From a virus: DNA of 64,000 bases. Positions 44,989 to 54,088 of this stretch are shown here, piece after piece (the stretch's first letter is position 1; every line of letters begins with the position of its first letter). Where the stretch lies: IMG/VR virus record IMGVR_UViG_3300025466_000014, one strand, 5' to 3'. The position numbers and the translations under genes are program-made. The notes beneath the pieces were generated by a model. It did not search any database. It saw only the letters and a program-made list of their open reading frames with translations, and was not told where the DNA came from.

Positions 44989-47046
44989 ATGACAACTCCA
45001 ACTTTTGTAACGCAGACCGTACCAGCGGGTAACCTAAACACTGCCTATTCCACTAACTTTGTTATTTCTGGTGGAACTACTCCGTACACTTTTGCGCTGA
45101 TTAGCGGCTCGTTGCCACCCGGTTTGACGTTGCTATCTGATGCGTCCGGCATAACAGGTACGCCTACTACACTGGGCATCTACAACTTTACCATGCAGGT
45201 AACGGACAGTAGTAGCCCAGTTCAAACAGTGTTTCAGGCATTTACACTGTTAGTTCTGGACCTAATATCTTTATCTAACCTTACAGTTGATCAAACTCAG
45301 TTTGTTACTCAATTGCAAAATGCTTTGTCTGTAAGTCAAACTTGGAGCACTGGCCTAACAACTCAGACGTCGCAGACGTTGATTGAGTTGATTGCAGCTA
45401 TTGGTACTTACACGACTTCTCGTATTGTTCGCCTAACTGAGGACGCATTTCCTACAACAGCCCAATCTGATTCAGCAATTCGGGCTATTGCGAATATGCA
45501 GGGTCTCCGGTTGGCTCGCAAATTGCCTTCAAGTTCTGTTGCTACTATATCGTCGTCTACCTCTATAACCATTCCTGCTTACACGCAATTTTCAGGCGGC
45601 GGTCAAAGCTGGTTTAACGACACGCAGATTATCCTCTCTGCTACAGTACCTGCCTCTGTTCTCTTAAAAGAAGGTATCGTATCTACTTTTAACATTAACG
45701 GACTGGGTAGTAACCTGCAAGCTTGGGTTTCTACGGATGACAAGTTCACAGTGTCTGACCAAGACGTTACTCTTAAAATCAACAATACTGGAATAACCAA
45801 AGCTTTTGGGGGTCTGTGGAACTACCAAGGCCTACCCGCGTTTGCTGATTTAACATTGCCGGATGGACGTCTTCTAATTCAGTTTGGCTCTAATGGCTAC
45901 GGCAGCATTCCTGGTGTTAACGACGTTGTTACCATTACATATGCCAAGACACAGGGCGAGACTGTTAATGGCCTAAACTTAGCAGGTGTTGCAGTAACCT
46001 GTTCTGCGTATCCTACTTTGACTGGCTCGTTTACAGCCAATCCCTCGGGCGGTGCACCCGAGAAGCCTTCGTTAGCTTACAAAAACTTCTCAGCAGGCAC
46101 GTTTGGGACATTTGGTTCAGCAGTTACTAAGCCTCAGTATCAGGTAATGGTTAATAACTATCCTGGGATAATTGACTCAGTAACACAAAGCCAGCGAGAA
46201 ATTAACACGCTAGACGTCAGATGGATGAACGTAATTAGAGTGTCTGCGTTGACTAACAGCACCTGGACTTCGGGACAAATTAACGCCTATTTGGCGTATT
46301 TGCAATCCCAGTCAATGTACTCGACTAGGTTCTTGTGGCAAGCACCGATACCAATTCCAGTTACAGTAAACCTAACAGCCTACTGTTTTAACTCCGTTAC
46401 CGACCTAACCGCAGTTCAAGCCGCAGTTCAAAAGGGTATTACCAATCTTTTTGCACCGCGCCCAGGTATTTTGTCTACTCCTTTTTACATAGACGATTTG
46501 ATTACAACCGCGCACAACGCAGCACCAGGTCAAATTTCCTATGTTACGGTAGCCAGCCCAACAGCTCCTATGTTGGTAACGCTGCCCACGCCACCGCAAC
46601 TAAGCTACACGATTAACACCACCGGCGGAACTTTAACAGGCGGAACTTTAGGTGCAATTTACTCTTATGCTATCTCTGTAAACGCCGCGTCGCCGTTAGG
46701 TGGAACGGACTATGGTCCACCTTCCGGTTGGGTATTTCCTACAATCCCAGCTGGTGCACTAACAGATTCCATTACACTGACATGGCCTGCGTTAACTAAC
46801 GTAGTTAGCTATACTATCTGGGGAAGGCGTAGTGGTCTCCTCCAGCAACTTACAACGATAACTGCCGCCTCGGGTATAACGACCTACACTGATACCGGCA
46901 CACCGGCTGACCCTGCTAGTCAGGCAGCTTTTCCTAGCCCAGATTTTTTAGCTAGGTATAATCAACTTGCTAGTTTGACAGTTAACGTAGGTTACGCTAA
47001 CCGCCAGAGCCGCGTTCTGTTACCAGTGCGTAACACTTTGACATAG
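44989..47046 (+). CDS. Baseplate wedge gp6/J-like protein with N-terminal Ig (He_PIG-like) domain
   Basis: SGG..PYTF....GSLPPGLTL...ITGTPT Ig motif; LIELIAA, AQSDSAI, LIQFG.NG.G.IP, YA.T.G, GGA. Confidence 0.85.
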   Translation: MTTPTFVTQTVPAGNLNTAYSTNFVISGGTTPYTFALISGSLPPGLTLLSDASGITGTPTTLGIYNFTMQVTDSSSPVQTVFQAFTLLVLDLISLSNLTVDQTQFVTQLQNALSVSQTWSTGLTTQTSQTLIELIAAIGTYTTSRIVRLTEDAFPTTAQSDSAIRAIANMQGLRLARKLPSSSVATISSSTSITIPAYTQFSGGGQSWFNDTQIILSATVPASVLLKEGIVSTFNINGLGSNLQAWVSTDDKFTVSDQDVTLKINNTGITKAFGGLWNYQGLPAFADLTLPDGRLLIQFGSNGYGSIPGVNDVVTITYAKTQGETVNGLNLAGVAVTCSAYPTLTGSFTANPSGGAPEKPSLAYKNFSAGTFGTFGSAVTKPQYQVMVNNYPGIIDSVTQSQREINTLDVRWMNVIRVSALTNSTWTSGQINAYLAYLQSQSMYSTRFLWQAPIPIPVTVNLTAYCFNSVTDLTAVQAAVQKGITNLFAPRPGILSTPFYIDDLITTAHNAAPGQISYVTVASPTAPMLVTLPTPPQLSYTINTTGGTLTGGTLGAIYSYAISVNAASPLGGTDYGPPSGWVFPTIPAGALTDSITLTWPALTNVVSYTIWGRRSGLLQQLTTITAASGITTYTDTGTPADPASQAAFPSPDFLARYNQLASLTVNVGYANRQSRVLLPVRNTLT

Positions 47047-47085
47047 TTAGACTAAGATAGGGTTTAAAATAGAAAGAATCAGTAA

Positions 47086-47973
47086 ATGACGTATTTCACC
47101 TACACAACAAATCTTCCTACGCAAGACCCTATTAAGAATGCTCGCGCTTTTACAAAATTGCCTAGAAGCGTTCTGTTAGCACCTTACCTAGCAATCAATC
47201 CGTATTTTGTTGATTTTACAAATGCTATTGACACCGTTTTCGACGTAAACGTCGAGGCAAAGTTGTTAGCACTAAAGAACATCCGCAATATGTGGCCCAC
47301 CTCGTTAGGTACAGAGCAGAAGATTGCAAATAATCAGATGCTATCTTTTTCAGACTGGGGAGGAACAGACCGCGGTACGGTTATTAGCCAAGTAAACTTG
47401 TTAGGGCTAGAGTTGAATAACGCAGGCGTTATTGACGATGGTTCCTATCGAGCGTTCTCTAGGTTTCTGGGAAGTTACTGGTACGAAAAGGGAAAAAACT
47501 CTCTAGCAGACTTTCTTAGTTTTTGTACCAACAATATCTTTGTGTTGCATAATTTGTGGACACAGGATTACTTAACCTTTGTACCTGAAGGCGATCCGTC
47601 GATAGGAACAACTATTTTTAACGGTGGCTCTTGGTATCCTACAACGCACGTTCGATTGACGGTCGTTAACACTGCTGGTTTTGACATTAACGCTATTGGT
47701 GGTCTATTCAACGAAATTGCAAACTACAATCTAGTTCTAGAATCCATAAATTCTCAACTTAGCTTTTTAGTTGCAACAGGTACGCAATCTCTAGGAACTA
47801 TCGTTCATAGTGTTGTTGGTTCAGCAGGTGTGGGTGTAGGTGCAAACTTGGTTCAATCTCCGGCGACTCAGACAATATCCAATTATGATGGAAAAGCACA
47901 CGTAGTTGGTATGGCTTTAGCAATTCAGGACAGCTACACTTTTGGATCAATTTTACCACCCGGGTATGTTTAA
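47086..47973 (+). CDS. Baseplate wedge gp7/P2 gpI-like protein
   Basis: Follows the gp6-like gene; FTNAID, WYEKG...LADFL. Confidence 0.6.
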   Translation: MTYFTYTTNLPTQDPIKNARAFTKLPRSVLLAPYLAINPYFVDFTNAIDTVFDVNVEAKLLALKNIRNMWPTSLGTEQKIANNQMLSFSDWGGTDRGTVISQVNLLGLELNNAGVIDDGSYRAFSRFLGSYWYEKGKNSLADFLSFCTNNIFVLHNLWTQDYLTFVPEGDPSIGTTIFNGGSWYPTTHVRLTVVNTAGFDINAIGGLFNEIANYNLVLESINSQLSFLVATGTQSLGTIVHSVVGSAGVGVGANLVQSPATQTISNYDGKAHVVGMALAIQDSYTFGSILPPGYV

Positions 47974-47997
47974 GTTTTATCTAATTAAAGGACAAAA

Positions 47998-48870
47998 ATG
48001 TCGATATCTTTAGACCTAGCGTCTTACGTTTCTGGTGTAAACGTAACAGCACTCTTTACGCCGGGTGTAGGTACACCCGCTACATTTGCAGGCCCGCATA
48101 CTGGAATGACAGACGGCGTTTCGGTTGCAACCTCTTCTCGCAATATGGCAGAGATTTACAATCGACTAAATCTGCAAATTGCCGCAACTATCGTAAACTC
48201 CGGCCTTACCTACGATCCAACTAATTGGGCACAGTTGGCTACTGCGGTTAGCAGATCAGTACCTGCTGGAGCAATATTTGATTATGCCGGAGCTACGGCG
48301 CCTGCTGGATTTCTTTTGTGTGATGGCTCTGCGTATGCTCGTGTTGGTACTTACGCCAATCTTTACGCTGCTCTTGGAGGTGCGTCTTCTCCGTGGGGTC
48401 AAGGTGACGGCAGTACGACCTTCAACGTGCCTAACCTTCAACGTAAAGTAACAATGGGGGCGGGCGGAACTGCAATTTCAGGGCCAGCTAATACAGTAGG
48501 TGCAACTGGTGGTGCAGAAGCTATAACTATCGCTACTGCTAATTTGCCAGCGCACTCCCATAGTTTTTCTAACGTACTAACAGGCTACGAAAATCAGGCA
48601 CACAGCCACTACGATAACGGACACGCTCACGGATTTGCCTATCCAATTAACACGCAGACTTATGCAGGTGGTAACGGGGCGGCTGGTTTCTCCGGGGGGT
48701 ATAATAACGTTTCCATGTCTGGTACTTTAGTAAGTTACGCAAGTTTAAGTACAGAGAGTGCATCACATAATCACTACGTTAGCGGAACAACTGATGGAGG
48801 TACTGGCGGCGGTGCCGCAATTACCAACGTACAACCAACTACTGTTGTAAACAAGATCATTAAATACTAA
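47998..48870 (+). CDS. Tail fibre with phage tail-collar domain
   Basis: PAGAIFDYAG..AP.GFLLCDGS...LYAA..GDGSTTFNVPNL; HxH repeats. Confidence 0.9.
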   Translation: MSISLDLASYVSGVNVTALFTPGVGTPATFAGPHTGMTDGVSVATSSRNMAEIYNRLNLQIAATIVNSGLTYDPTNWAQLATAVSRSVPAGAIFDYAGATAPAGFLLCDGSAYARVGTYANLYAALGGASSPWGQGDGSTTFNVPNLQRKVTMGAGGTAISGPANTVGATGGAEAITIATANLPAHSHSFSNVLTGYENQAHSHYDNGHAHGFAYPINTQTYAGGNGAAGFSGGYNNVSMSGTLVSYASLSTESASHNHYVSGTTDGGTGGGAAITNVQPTTVVNKIIKY

Positions 48871-48889
48871 TTTTTTAAAGGAAACTAAA

Positions 48890-49447
48890 ATGTATATAGT
48901 TATTAATCGTAAAGACGGTGTTGTTATTATGGGCGGGGTAGCTGCCCAAAATGTTGACATGTCAACATTTCCCGCAACGGTTACGGCAGAGCAAGTTCAC
49001 TGGTGGGATTCTACTAATCGCGGTGCCCTGCTTACGTTAGACCCAGTGACTAAAGAATATGCGCAAACCCCTATAACCGATTTTACCCCTTACGCCGGCG
49101 TTATAGCCGCGTACAAAGCAGCCCTTATTGCTCCCCCTCCTGTGCTGTCAGAAGCAGAAATTCAAGCAGAAATAATTAAAAGCTTTGAGTTTGCTGTTCA
49201 GGCTTATCTGGATACAACTGCTCAATCTTGGCAATACGAGTCAATTAACACAGCGGTTACTTACGTTGCAAGTACAAACGCTACCTTTAAGGCTGAGGCA
49301 ACTGTTCTGATAGCCTGGCGCGATCAAGTCTGGGGCGCGTGCTACACTGCCATGGCAGCAATTAAAGCTGGTACTCAGGCGATGCCTGCAACTGCGGCCG
49401 CCTTTGTTGCAACATTGCCTGCAGCACCAACTCGCCCTGTTGTTTAA
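48890..49447 (+). CDS. Tail fibre assembly chaperone
   Basis: VQAYLD..A....YESI..A.TY.......AEA...AWRDQVW. Confidence 0.75.
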   Translation: MYIVINRKDGVVIMGGVAAQNVDMSTFPATVTAEQVHWWDSTNRGALLTLDPVTKEYAQTPITDFTPYAGVIAAYKAALIAPPPVLSEAEIQAEIIKSFEFAVQAYLDTTAQSWQYESINTAVTYVASTNATFKAEATVLIAWRDQVWGACYTAMAAIKAGTQAMPATAAAFVATLPAAPTRPVV

Positions 49448-49462
49448 ATTAGAAAGACTTAA

Positions 49463-49909
49463 ATGAACATATTTGATTTCATTACGATCTTTAATGGGGT
49501 CGTAACTCTAGCAACAACAAACAAAGAGAACATTGCTCTGTCTCTTATCTTTGTTCCTTTAATTATCTTGTGGCCGCTGTTCTACTATCTGTTTCACGTA
49601 AAAGCAGACATGACCAAGGGCCTTAAGCCTAAAACAACTATCTATTTTATTCTTGGCGTCCTTGGCGTCCTTGCAGATTTTTTGGTAAATTTGTTTTGGG
49701 GAACGTTTCTCTTCTGCCAGTTGCCTAATGTAAACCGTTTAATGATTTCGGCTCGAATGGACGAAATTATAAAAAATACAAAACCAAACTCTGGCCTACT
49801 AAACGCCTGGCGTTTTTGGTTAGCATTGCGTATTGTTGGAATTCTTCTAGAGCCTTACGATAAGACAGGCCAGCATACCACATACGGGCAGTGGCCTGTT
49901 AAGAACTAA
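49463..49909 (+). CDS. Membrane protein common next to fibre genes
   Basis: Two hydrophobic helices; terminal LLEPYD..G.H. Confidence 0.6.
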   Translation: MNIFDFITIFNGVVTLATTNKENIALSLIFVPLIILWPLFYYLFHVKADMTKGLKPKTTIYFILGVLGVLADFLVNLFWGTFLFCQLPNVNRLMISARMDEIIKNTKPNSGLLNAWRFWLALRIVGILLEPYDKTGQHTTYGQWPVKN

Positions 49910-49921
49910 AAAGGACATTAA

Positions 49922-50950
49922 ATGACTACCCCTTATCTGCAAGTAACTACCTTAGGATTACAGGCGGGTGTAAACGCTTCCACTGGAGGTTTTGGCCCTC
50001 TTAGCATTACCACTTTTAAGTTAGGTTCTAACTATAACTACACTCCTGACCCATCTGGGGGAGAAATTGCTTTACACGGGGCAGTTGTCTATAGTGCTGC
50101 GGTTAGTTCTTATGCCATTCAAACAGACGGTAGTCTTCTAATAACGCTTTCAATCCCAGCTTCGGCTGGGCCGTTTACTTTCGGTGAAATTGGTATTTAT
50201 ACATCTACAGGCGTGCTCTTGGCGTCTACTGCCTTGCAGACACCTATTGTTAAATACTCTTCACTCAGTAGCAACTTTGCGTCGTCTATTACTCTACAGT
50301 GTTACCTACAGTTAGGCGCAACCTCTTCTGTGTTTAACCTAACTGGTAGCGGCGGAGCCTCTTCAATACCTTCGGGGTCTGTATTTGACTTCGGTGGTAC
50401 AACGGCACCCTCAGGTTTCCTGGTATGTGACGGCTCTTCTTATTTGACCGCAACTTACCCTGCACTATACTTGGCCATTGGTACTACCTGGGGAGGTACT
50501 GGCGGTACTTCAGGAACATTCAACGTTCCTAATCTTCAACGTAAGGTAACTATAGGCGCAGGTGGGACTGCGGTAGGTCCTGTTGCTAACACAGTAGGCG
50601 CCACAGGTGGTGAAGAGACGCACGTTTTAAGCCTGGCAGAAATGGCCAGTCATAGCCATACGTTCTCTGGTACTACCAGTGCAATGAGTGCCAACGCAAC
50701 GCACAGCCATAGTGACTCAGGTCATACGCACCCTATTCCCGTTGGCGGCATTGCTGCAAATCAAACGTCAAGTGGTTCTAACTCTGCTGGTTTGGCAGCA
50801 ACCAATACAAGCACTGGTTATGCTAATTTGTCGACAGCTAACATTGACCACACGCATACTTATAGCGGGACTACTTCAGGTGTGGGTACTAGTACCGCGC
50901 ATAACAATATGCAACCGTCCGCAGTCATGCTGAAGGTAATTAAGATTTAG
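49922..50950 (+). CDS. Tail fibre: P2 gpH-type N-terminal domain plus collar domain
   Basis: VTTLGL..., GPFTFGEIGIY, then PSGSVFDFGG..GFLVCDGS..FNVPNL. Confidence 0.88.
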   Translation: MTTPYLQVTTLGLQAGVNASTGGFGPLSITTFKLGSNYNYTPDPSGGEIALHGAVVYSAAVSSYAIQTDGSLLITLSIPASAGPFTFGEIGIYTSTGVLLASTALQTPIVKYSSLSSNFASSITLQCYLQLGATSSVFNLTGSGGASSIPSGSVFDFGGTTAPSGFLVCDGSSYLTATYPALYLAIGTTWGGTGGTSGTFNVPNLQRKVTIGAGGTAVGPVANTVGATGGEETHVLSLAEMASHSHTFSGTTSAMSANATHSHSDSGHTHPIPVGGIAANQTSSGSNSAGLAATNTSTGYANLSTANIDHTHTYSGTTSGVGTSTAHNNMQPSAVMLKVIKI

Positions 50951-50980
50951 TTTACTAATAAGAACAAGAAGGAAACTAAA

Positions 50981-51199
50981 ATGGCGGATTTAGCAGACAT
51001 TGCTGGTGAGCATGATTTTAATGACGAAATCTTAACTCGACATAAAAACCGAAAAAAGAACGTTCAAGCAACAGGTGTATGCCTCTCATGTGAGGCGAAG
51101 ATTGAGGCTAACGCAATCTACTGTGATGCAGATTGCAGAGAAGATCATGAACGCAGGTTGAAAGCTCAAAAGATTCACAAAAATGCAAATTATTCCTAA
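50981..51199 (+). CDS. traR: TraR/DksA C4 zinc-finger protein
   Basis: MADLAD (D3/D6), CLSC-x10-CDADC. Confidence 0.85.
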   Translation: MADLADIAGEHDFNDEILTRHKNRKKNVQATGVCLSCEAKIEANAIYCDADCREDHERRLKAQKIHKNANYS

Positions 51200-51542
51200 C
51201 CCACCGGCCGCCGCAGCTTTTTTAGGATTCTCTGTAGACTTAGAAATTTGGGAAGGCACTAAGTTAGAAAGAACTAAAAAGCTTGAGCAAGTCTTTAACT
51301 ATTCTGGAGTAAACACCTACAAACAGACGTTTAGTCTTTTGCCTGGTGTGTCCAGAGTAATAACAGGCGCGTTAATGGCGTATCTAATTCTTACTGACAA
51401 TCCAGTTGACTTGCTAGTCAATGCCAACAGTGCAGGCGTAGTCAATGCTCTGCACTTTGCTGATTCGCCATGCCTAATGATAAAGCTGACTAACAATGGC
51501 ACAGACGAGGCCAGCGTAGTTGTGACTTATCTGTCTAACTAA
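51183..51542 (+). CDS. Small beta-rich protein, paralog 1 of 3
   Basis: FSLLPG..TDNPV..TNNG pattern shared with the next two ORFs. Confidence 0.55.
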   Translation: MQIIPNPPAAAAFLGFSVDLEIWEGTKLERTKKLEQVFNYSGVNTYKQTFSLLPGVSRVITGALMAYLILTDNPVDLLVNANSAGVVNALHFADSPCLMIKLTNNGTDEASVVVTYLSN

Positions 51543-51553
51543 AGATTGAGATA

Positions 51554-51889
51554 ATGATGTTAAATTCACCTGGATCTAATCCTCCAAACTCTTTGCTAGT
51601 TTCCCTTAATACCGAAGTTAACGGCTTAAGAGGCTTATCAGGAAATGCAGCCTACGGTGGTGGGTCGTTTAATACTTTTAAAGTAACAATTGCGCCCGGC
51701 AAGAGCTTCACACCACCAATGGCAAGCGCGGTTGCCTTTGTTGCAGATACAGACGGACCGCTGCAAGTCACAGTAGGCAGTTTTGTCACTACAATTCAAA
51801 CTATCATGCTTAACGACTCAGGCGGTGTGCCTACGTTTACTAATAACGGCCTAGACTCTGTTAATCTAAAACTGTCTATTGTAGGTTGA
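51554..51889 (+). CDS. Small beta-rich protein, paralog 2 of 3
   Basis: VTIAPG..TDGPL..TNNG. Confidence 0.55.
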   Translation: MMLNSPGSNPPNSLLVSLNTEVNGLRGLSGNAAYGGGSFNTFKVTIAPGKSFTPPMASAVAFVADTDGPLQVTVGSFVTTIQTIMLNDSGGVPTFTNNGLDSVNLKLSIVG

Positions 51890-51893
51890 TTTT

Positions 51894-52244
51894 ATGAGTT
51901 TAATCATCAGCAACACGGCAATAGACAAGACTTTAACCTTTGGAACTAGAGCAAGCCTAGTCTCCAATCTTATTAAGCGGACAGCCGCTACAGGTACAAG
52001 CCTCTATCCTGCTGACAATGTATCTAGTCTAGACTTTACAATGGCACCTAACACCGTGTTCCCTTTAGAAGGGAATATGCTAGCGGTTGCGGTAGTAACG
52101 TCTCAACCGCTTACTGTAGTCATAGATAGCAGTGTAACCTATCAGGTAAATTCTCTGCTCATAACTGACACTGTAACTCAAAGTGTAATAATTTCGTCTG
52201 GCTCTGCTGGCGCTAAAGTAAACATTTTTTATGCCACCAATTAA
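51894..52244 (+). CDS. Small beta-rich protein, paralog 3 of 3
   Basis: FTMAPN..TSQPL. Confidence 0.55.
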   Translation: MSLIISNTAIDKTLTFGTRASLVSNLIKRTAATGTSLYPADNVSSLDFTMAPNTVFPLEGNMLAVAVVTSQPLTVVIDSSVTYQVNSLLITDTVTQSVIISSGSAGAKVNIFYATN

Positions 52245-52548
52245 CTTTGAACAGTTTACAGGTAAAAAGATATCCTTAATTACCTCAATGGCTGCCACAC
52301 CTTCGCTGCGCAAGCAAAAGGCAAACGCAATAGAGATTCTAACCTATATAAGCCAGCTTAGTTCAACGATACAGGACATGCCAGATCATGATTCAGCAAT
52401 GAAGATTATCGACGAGGCATTATCAAAATTTGATAGCAATGTTATTTGCAAGGTATACGATCCTGTTTTACAAGAATTTTCTGATCTAAACGTCTCAGAC
52501 ACCGCAGTGCTAGTTCTTGATTACAAGATACCTATTGTGCATCATTGA
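52231..52548 (+). CDS. Hypothetical protein
   Basis: Overlapping ORF in operon. Confidence 0.5.
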   Translation: MPPINFEQFTGKKISLITSMAATPSLRKQKANAIEILTYISQLSSTIQDMPDHDSAMKIIDEALSKFDSNVICKVYDPVLQEFSDLNVSDTAVLVLDYKIPIVHH

Positions 52549-52571
52549 CTATTAGATTATTAGACAACCAA

Positions 52572-52584
52572 AAAACTATAAATA
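52572..52584 (+). promoter_or_regulatory. T4-late-like promoter AAAACTATAAATA
   Basis: Contains TATAAATA; ends 5 nt before ATG 52590. Confidence 0.5.
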
Positions 52585-52589
52585 GTAGA

Positions 52590-53438
52590 ATGAAAACCAA
52601 GCCAAACACTTCTACTAAAGTACGCATCTTTGCAGTTGACGGTAACTTTTACCTTCACAGGATATTCCACACGCAGTACCAAACTCGCGATATGGCAAGC
52701 GCGATTGCTAACCGGTTTGTCGCAATAATCTGCAAAGATGCGCTGGCAGTTAAGGCAAAGAAGCTCATTGTTGCCTTTGACGGTAACAAAATCTTTAGGT
52801 ATGACGTCTACAAAGACTACAAGGCAAATAGAATAGAGAAGAAGGAAGCTAGCGGTAAAGAATCGCCTTACATTTATCTACCTAAAGTATTAGAGTTGCT
52901 TGCGGATTACGGTATACCTGTAATCCAAAAAGCAAAATATGAGGCTGACGACATTCTTTGCTCTATAGCAACGCAGTACGTTGACACCTACGAAATATTT
53001 GTAGGTTGTAGAGATAAAGATGCTTATCAGTACGTAAAGCCTGGCGTTAAGCTTTACGATAGCACTCACAAACCAAATCCACGCACACTAGAAACCGCTG
53101 ACATAGTTAAGGCCACAAACCTTAAACCGCGACAGTTCTTGTCCTATCAGTTGCTTTACGGCGATAAGATAGACAACATCCCAAAACTGATGAATCCCGC
53201 CTTTATAATAAAGGGTTTAAAAATTCACGGCAATCTAAAACAATGGAGATTAGCAGATAAAGACTTTGCAAAATTCTGGGATAAGAATTTATCTCAGTTA
53301 AAATTAAATGCAAAGCTTGTTCGACTGGTTAGCACTTTGGACGTTTCAGTACCTGAGGTAAAGTGGTCTAAGGACGACTTTTGCTCAGCTGCATACGTTG
53401 CATACGCAGCCTTTTGTAAGAGCAAAAGTTTGTTTTAA
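52590..53438 (+). CDS. 5'-3' exonuclease / flap endonuclease (PolI N-terminal, T4 RNase H-like)
   Basis: AVDGN, VAFDG, R...Y..YKANR, YEADD, DKD, GD..DNIP. Confidence 0.92.
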   Translation: MKTKPNTSTKVRIFAVDGNFYLHRIFHTQYQTRDMASAIANRFVAIICKDALAVKAKKLIVAFDGNKIFRYDVYKDYKANRIEKKEASGKESPYIYLPKVLELLADYGIPVIQKAKYEADDILCSIATQYVDTYEIFVGCRDKDAYQYVKPGVKLYDSTHKPNPRTLETADIVKATNLKPRQFLSYQLLYGDKIDNIPKLMNPAFIIKGLKIHGNLKQWRLADKDFAKFWDKNLSQLKLNAKLVRLVSTLDVSVPEVKWSKDDFCSAAYVAYAAFCKSKSLF

Positions 53439-54088
53439 AGATTAACAGACAAAGCGGTTGCTGCTAATTGAGTGATAGCTTGCGTATCATCTAAGCCTAA
53501 CATTGCAGGGCCGTTAACCGTACGCCTAATAGCGACTACATCGCCATATTCAGAAGGGCTTACGTATTCACACCACCAGGTAATAGCTACCTTTAGGGAG
53601 CCGGCCCCTGGTGTTCTTGCTAAATCTGGATTGTTAACTAAATCTATACCAGCAATTCGACCAATCTTTGTAAATGCGCTACGGCCAGTAATCTGAGTAG
53701 GAGAAGAACCTCTGAAATTCCACCCATCTGTGGGAAGTGTATTTCCTAGGTTTTTCAAACCCCAGTCTCCGCCGTACACTAAGTTGGCTATTACCTGCTG
53801 ATTTGCACCATGCCCAAGCGTTCTTCCAAGCGTATTTGCTTGGTCTTGTGTAATGCGCTTACCAAAGGTACTTAGGAGGCCTTGAGGTGTATAATTGAGG
53901 TTTTCTGAGATGCTTTCTAGGTGACTAGACTCATGTAAGATTTCACCTAGAAACTCTGATATTTCTAGATCATGCGCAAACACGTCATCCGTCATTAGAA
54001 GTGCAAATGCTGGCGCCCAGATGTTAGCCGTTGTCGGGGTTACTCCGCAGGCTACCAGAATTGAATTCCAAGACAGCTCATTCCGCAT
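53435..54088 (-). CDS. Endolysin, glycoside hydrolase family 19-like
   Basis: FLGEILHES, ENLNY, LGN...DGWNFRG...QITGR, RRTVNG. Confidence 0.88.
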   Translation of the reverse strand: MRNELSWNSILVACGVTPTTANIWAPAFALLMTDDVFAHDLEISEFLGEILHESSHLESISENLNYTPQGLLSTFGKRITQDQANTLGRTLGHGANQQVIANLVYGGDWGLKNLGNTLPTDGWNFRGSSPTQITGRSAFTKIGRIAGIDLVNNPDLARTPGAGSLKVAITWWCEYVSPSEYGDVVAIRRTVNGPAMLGLDDTQAITQLAATALSVNL

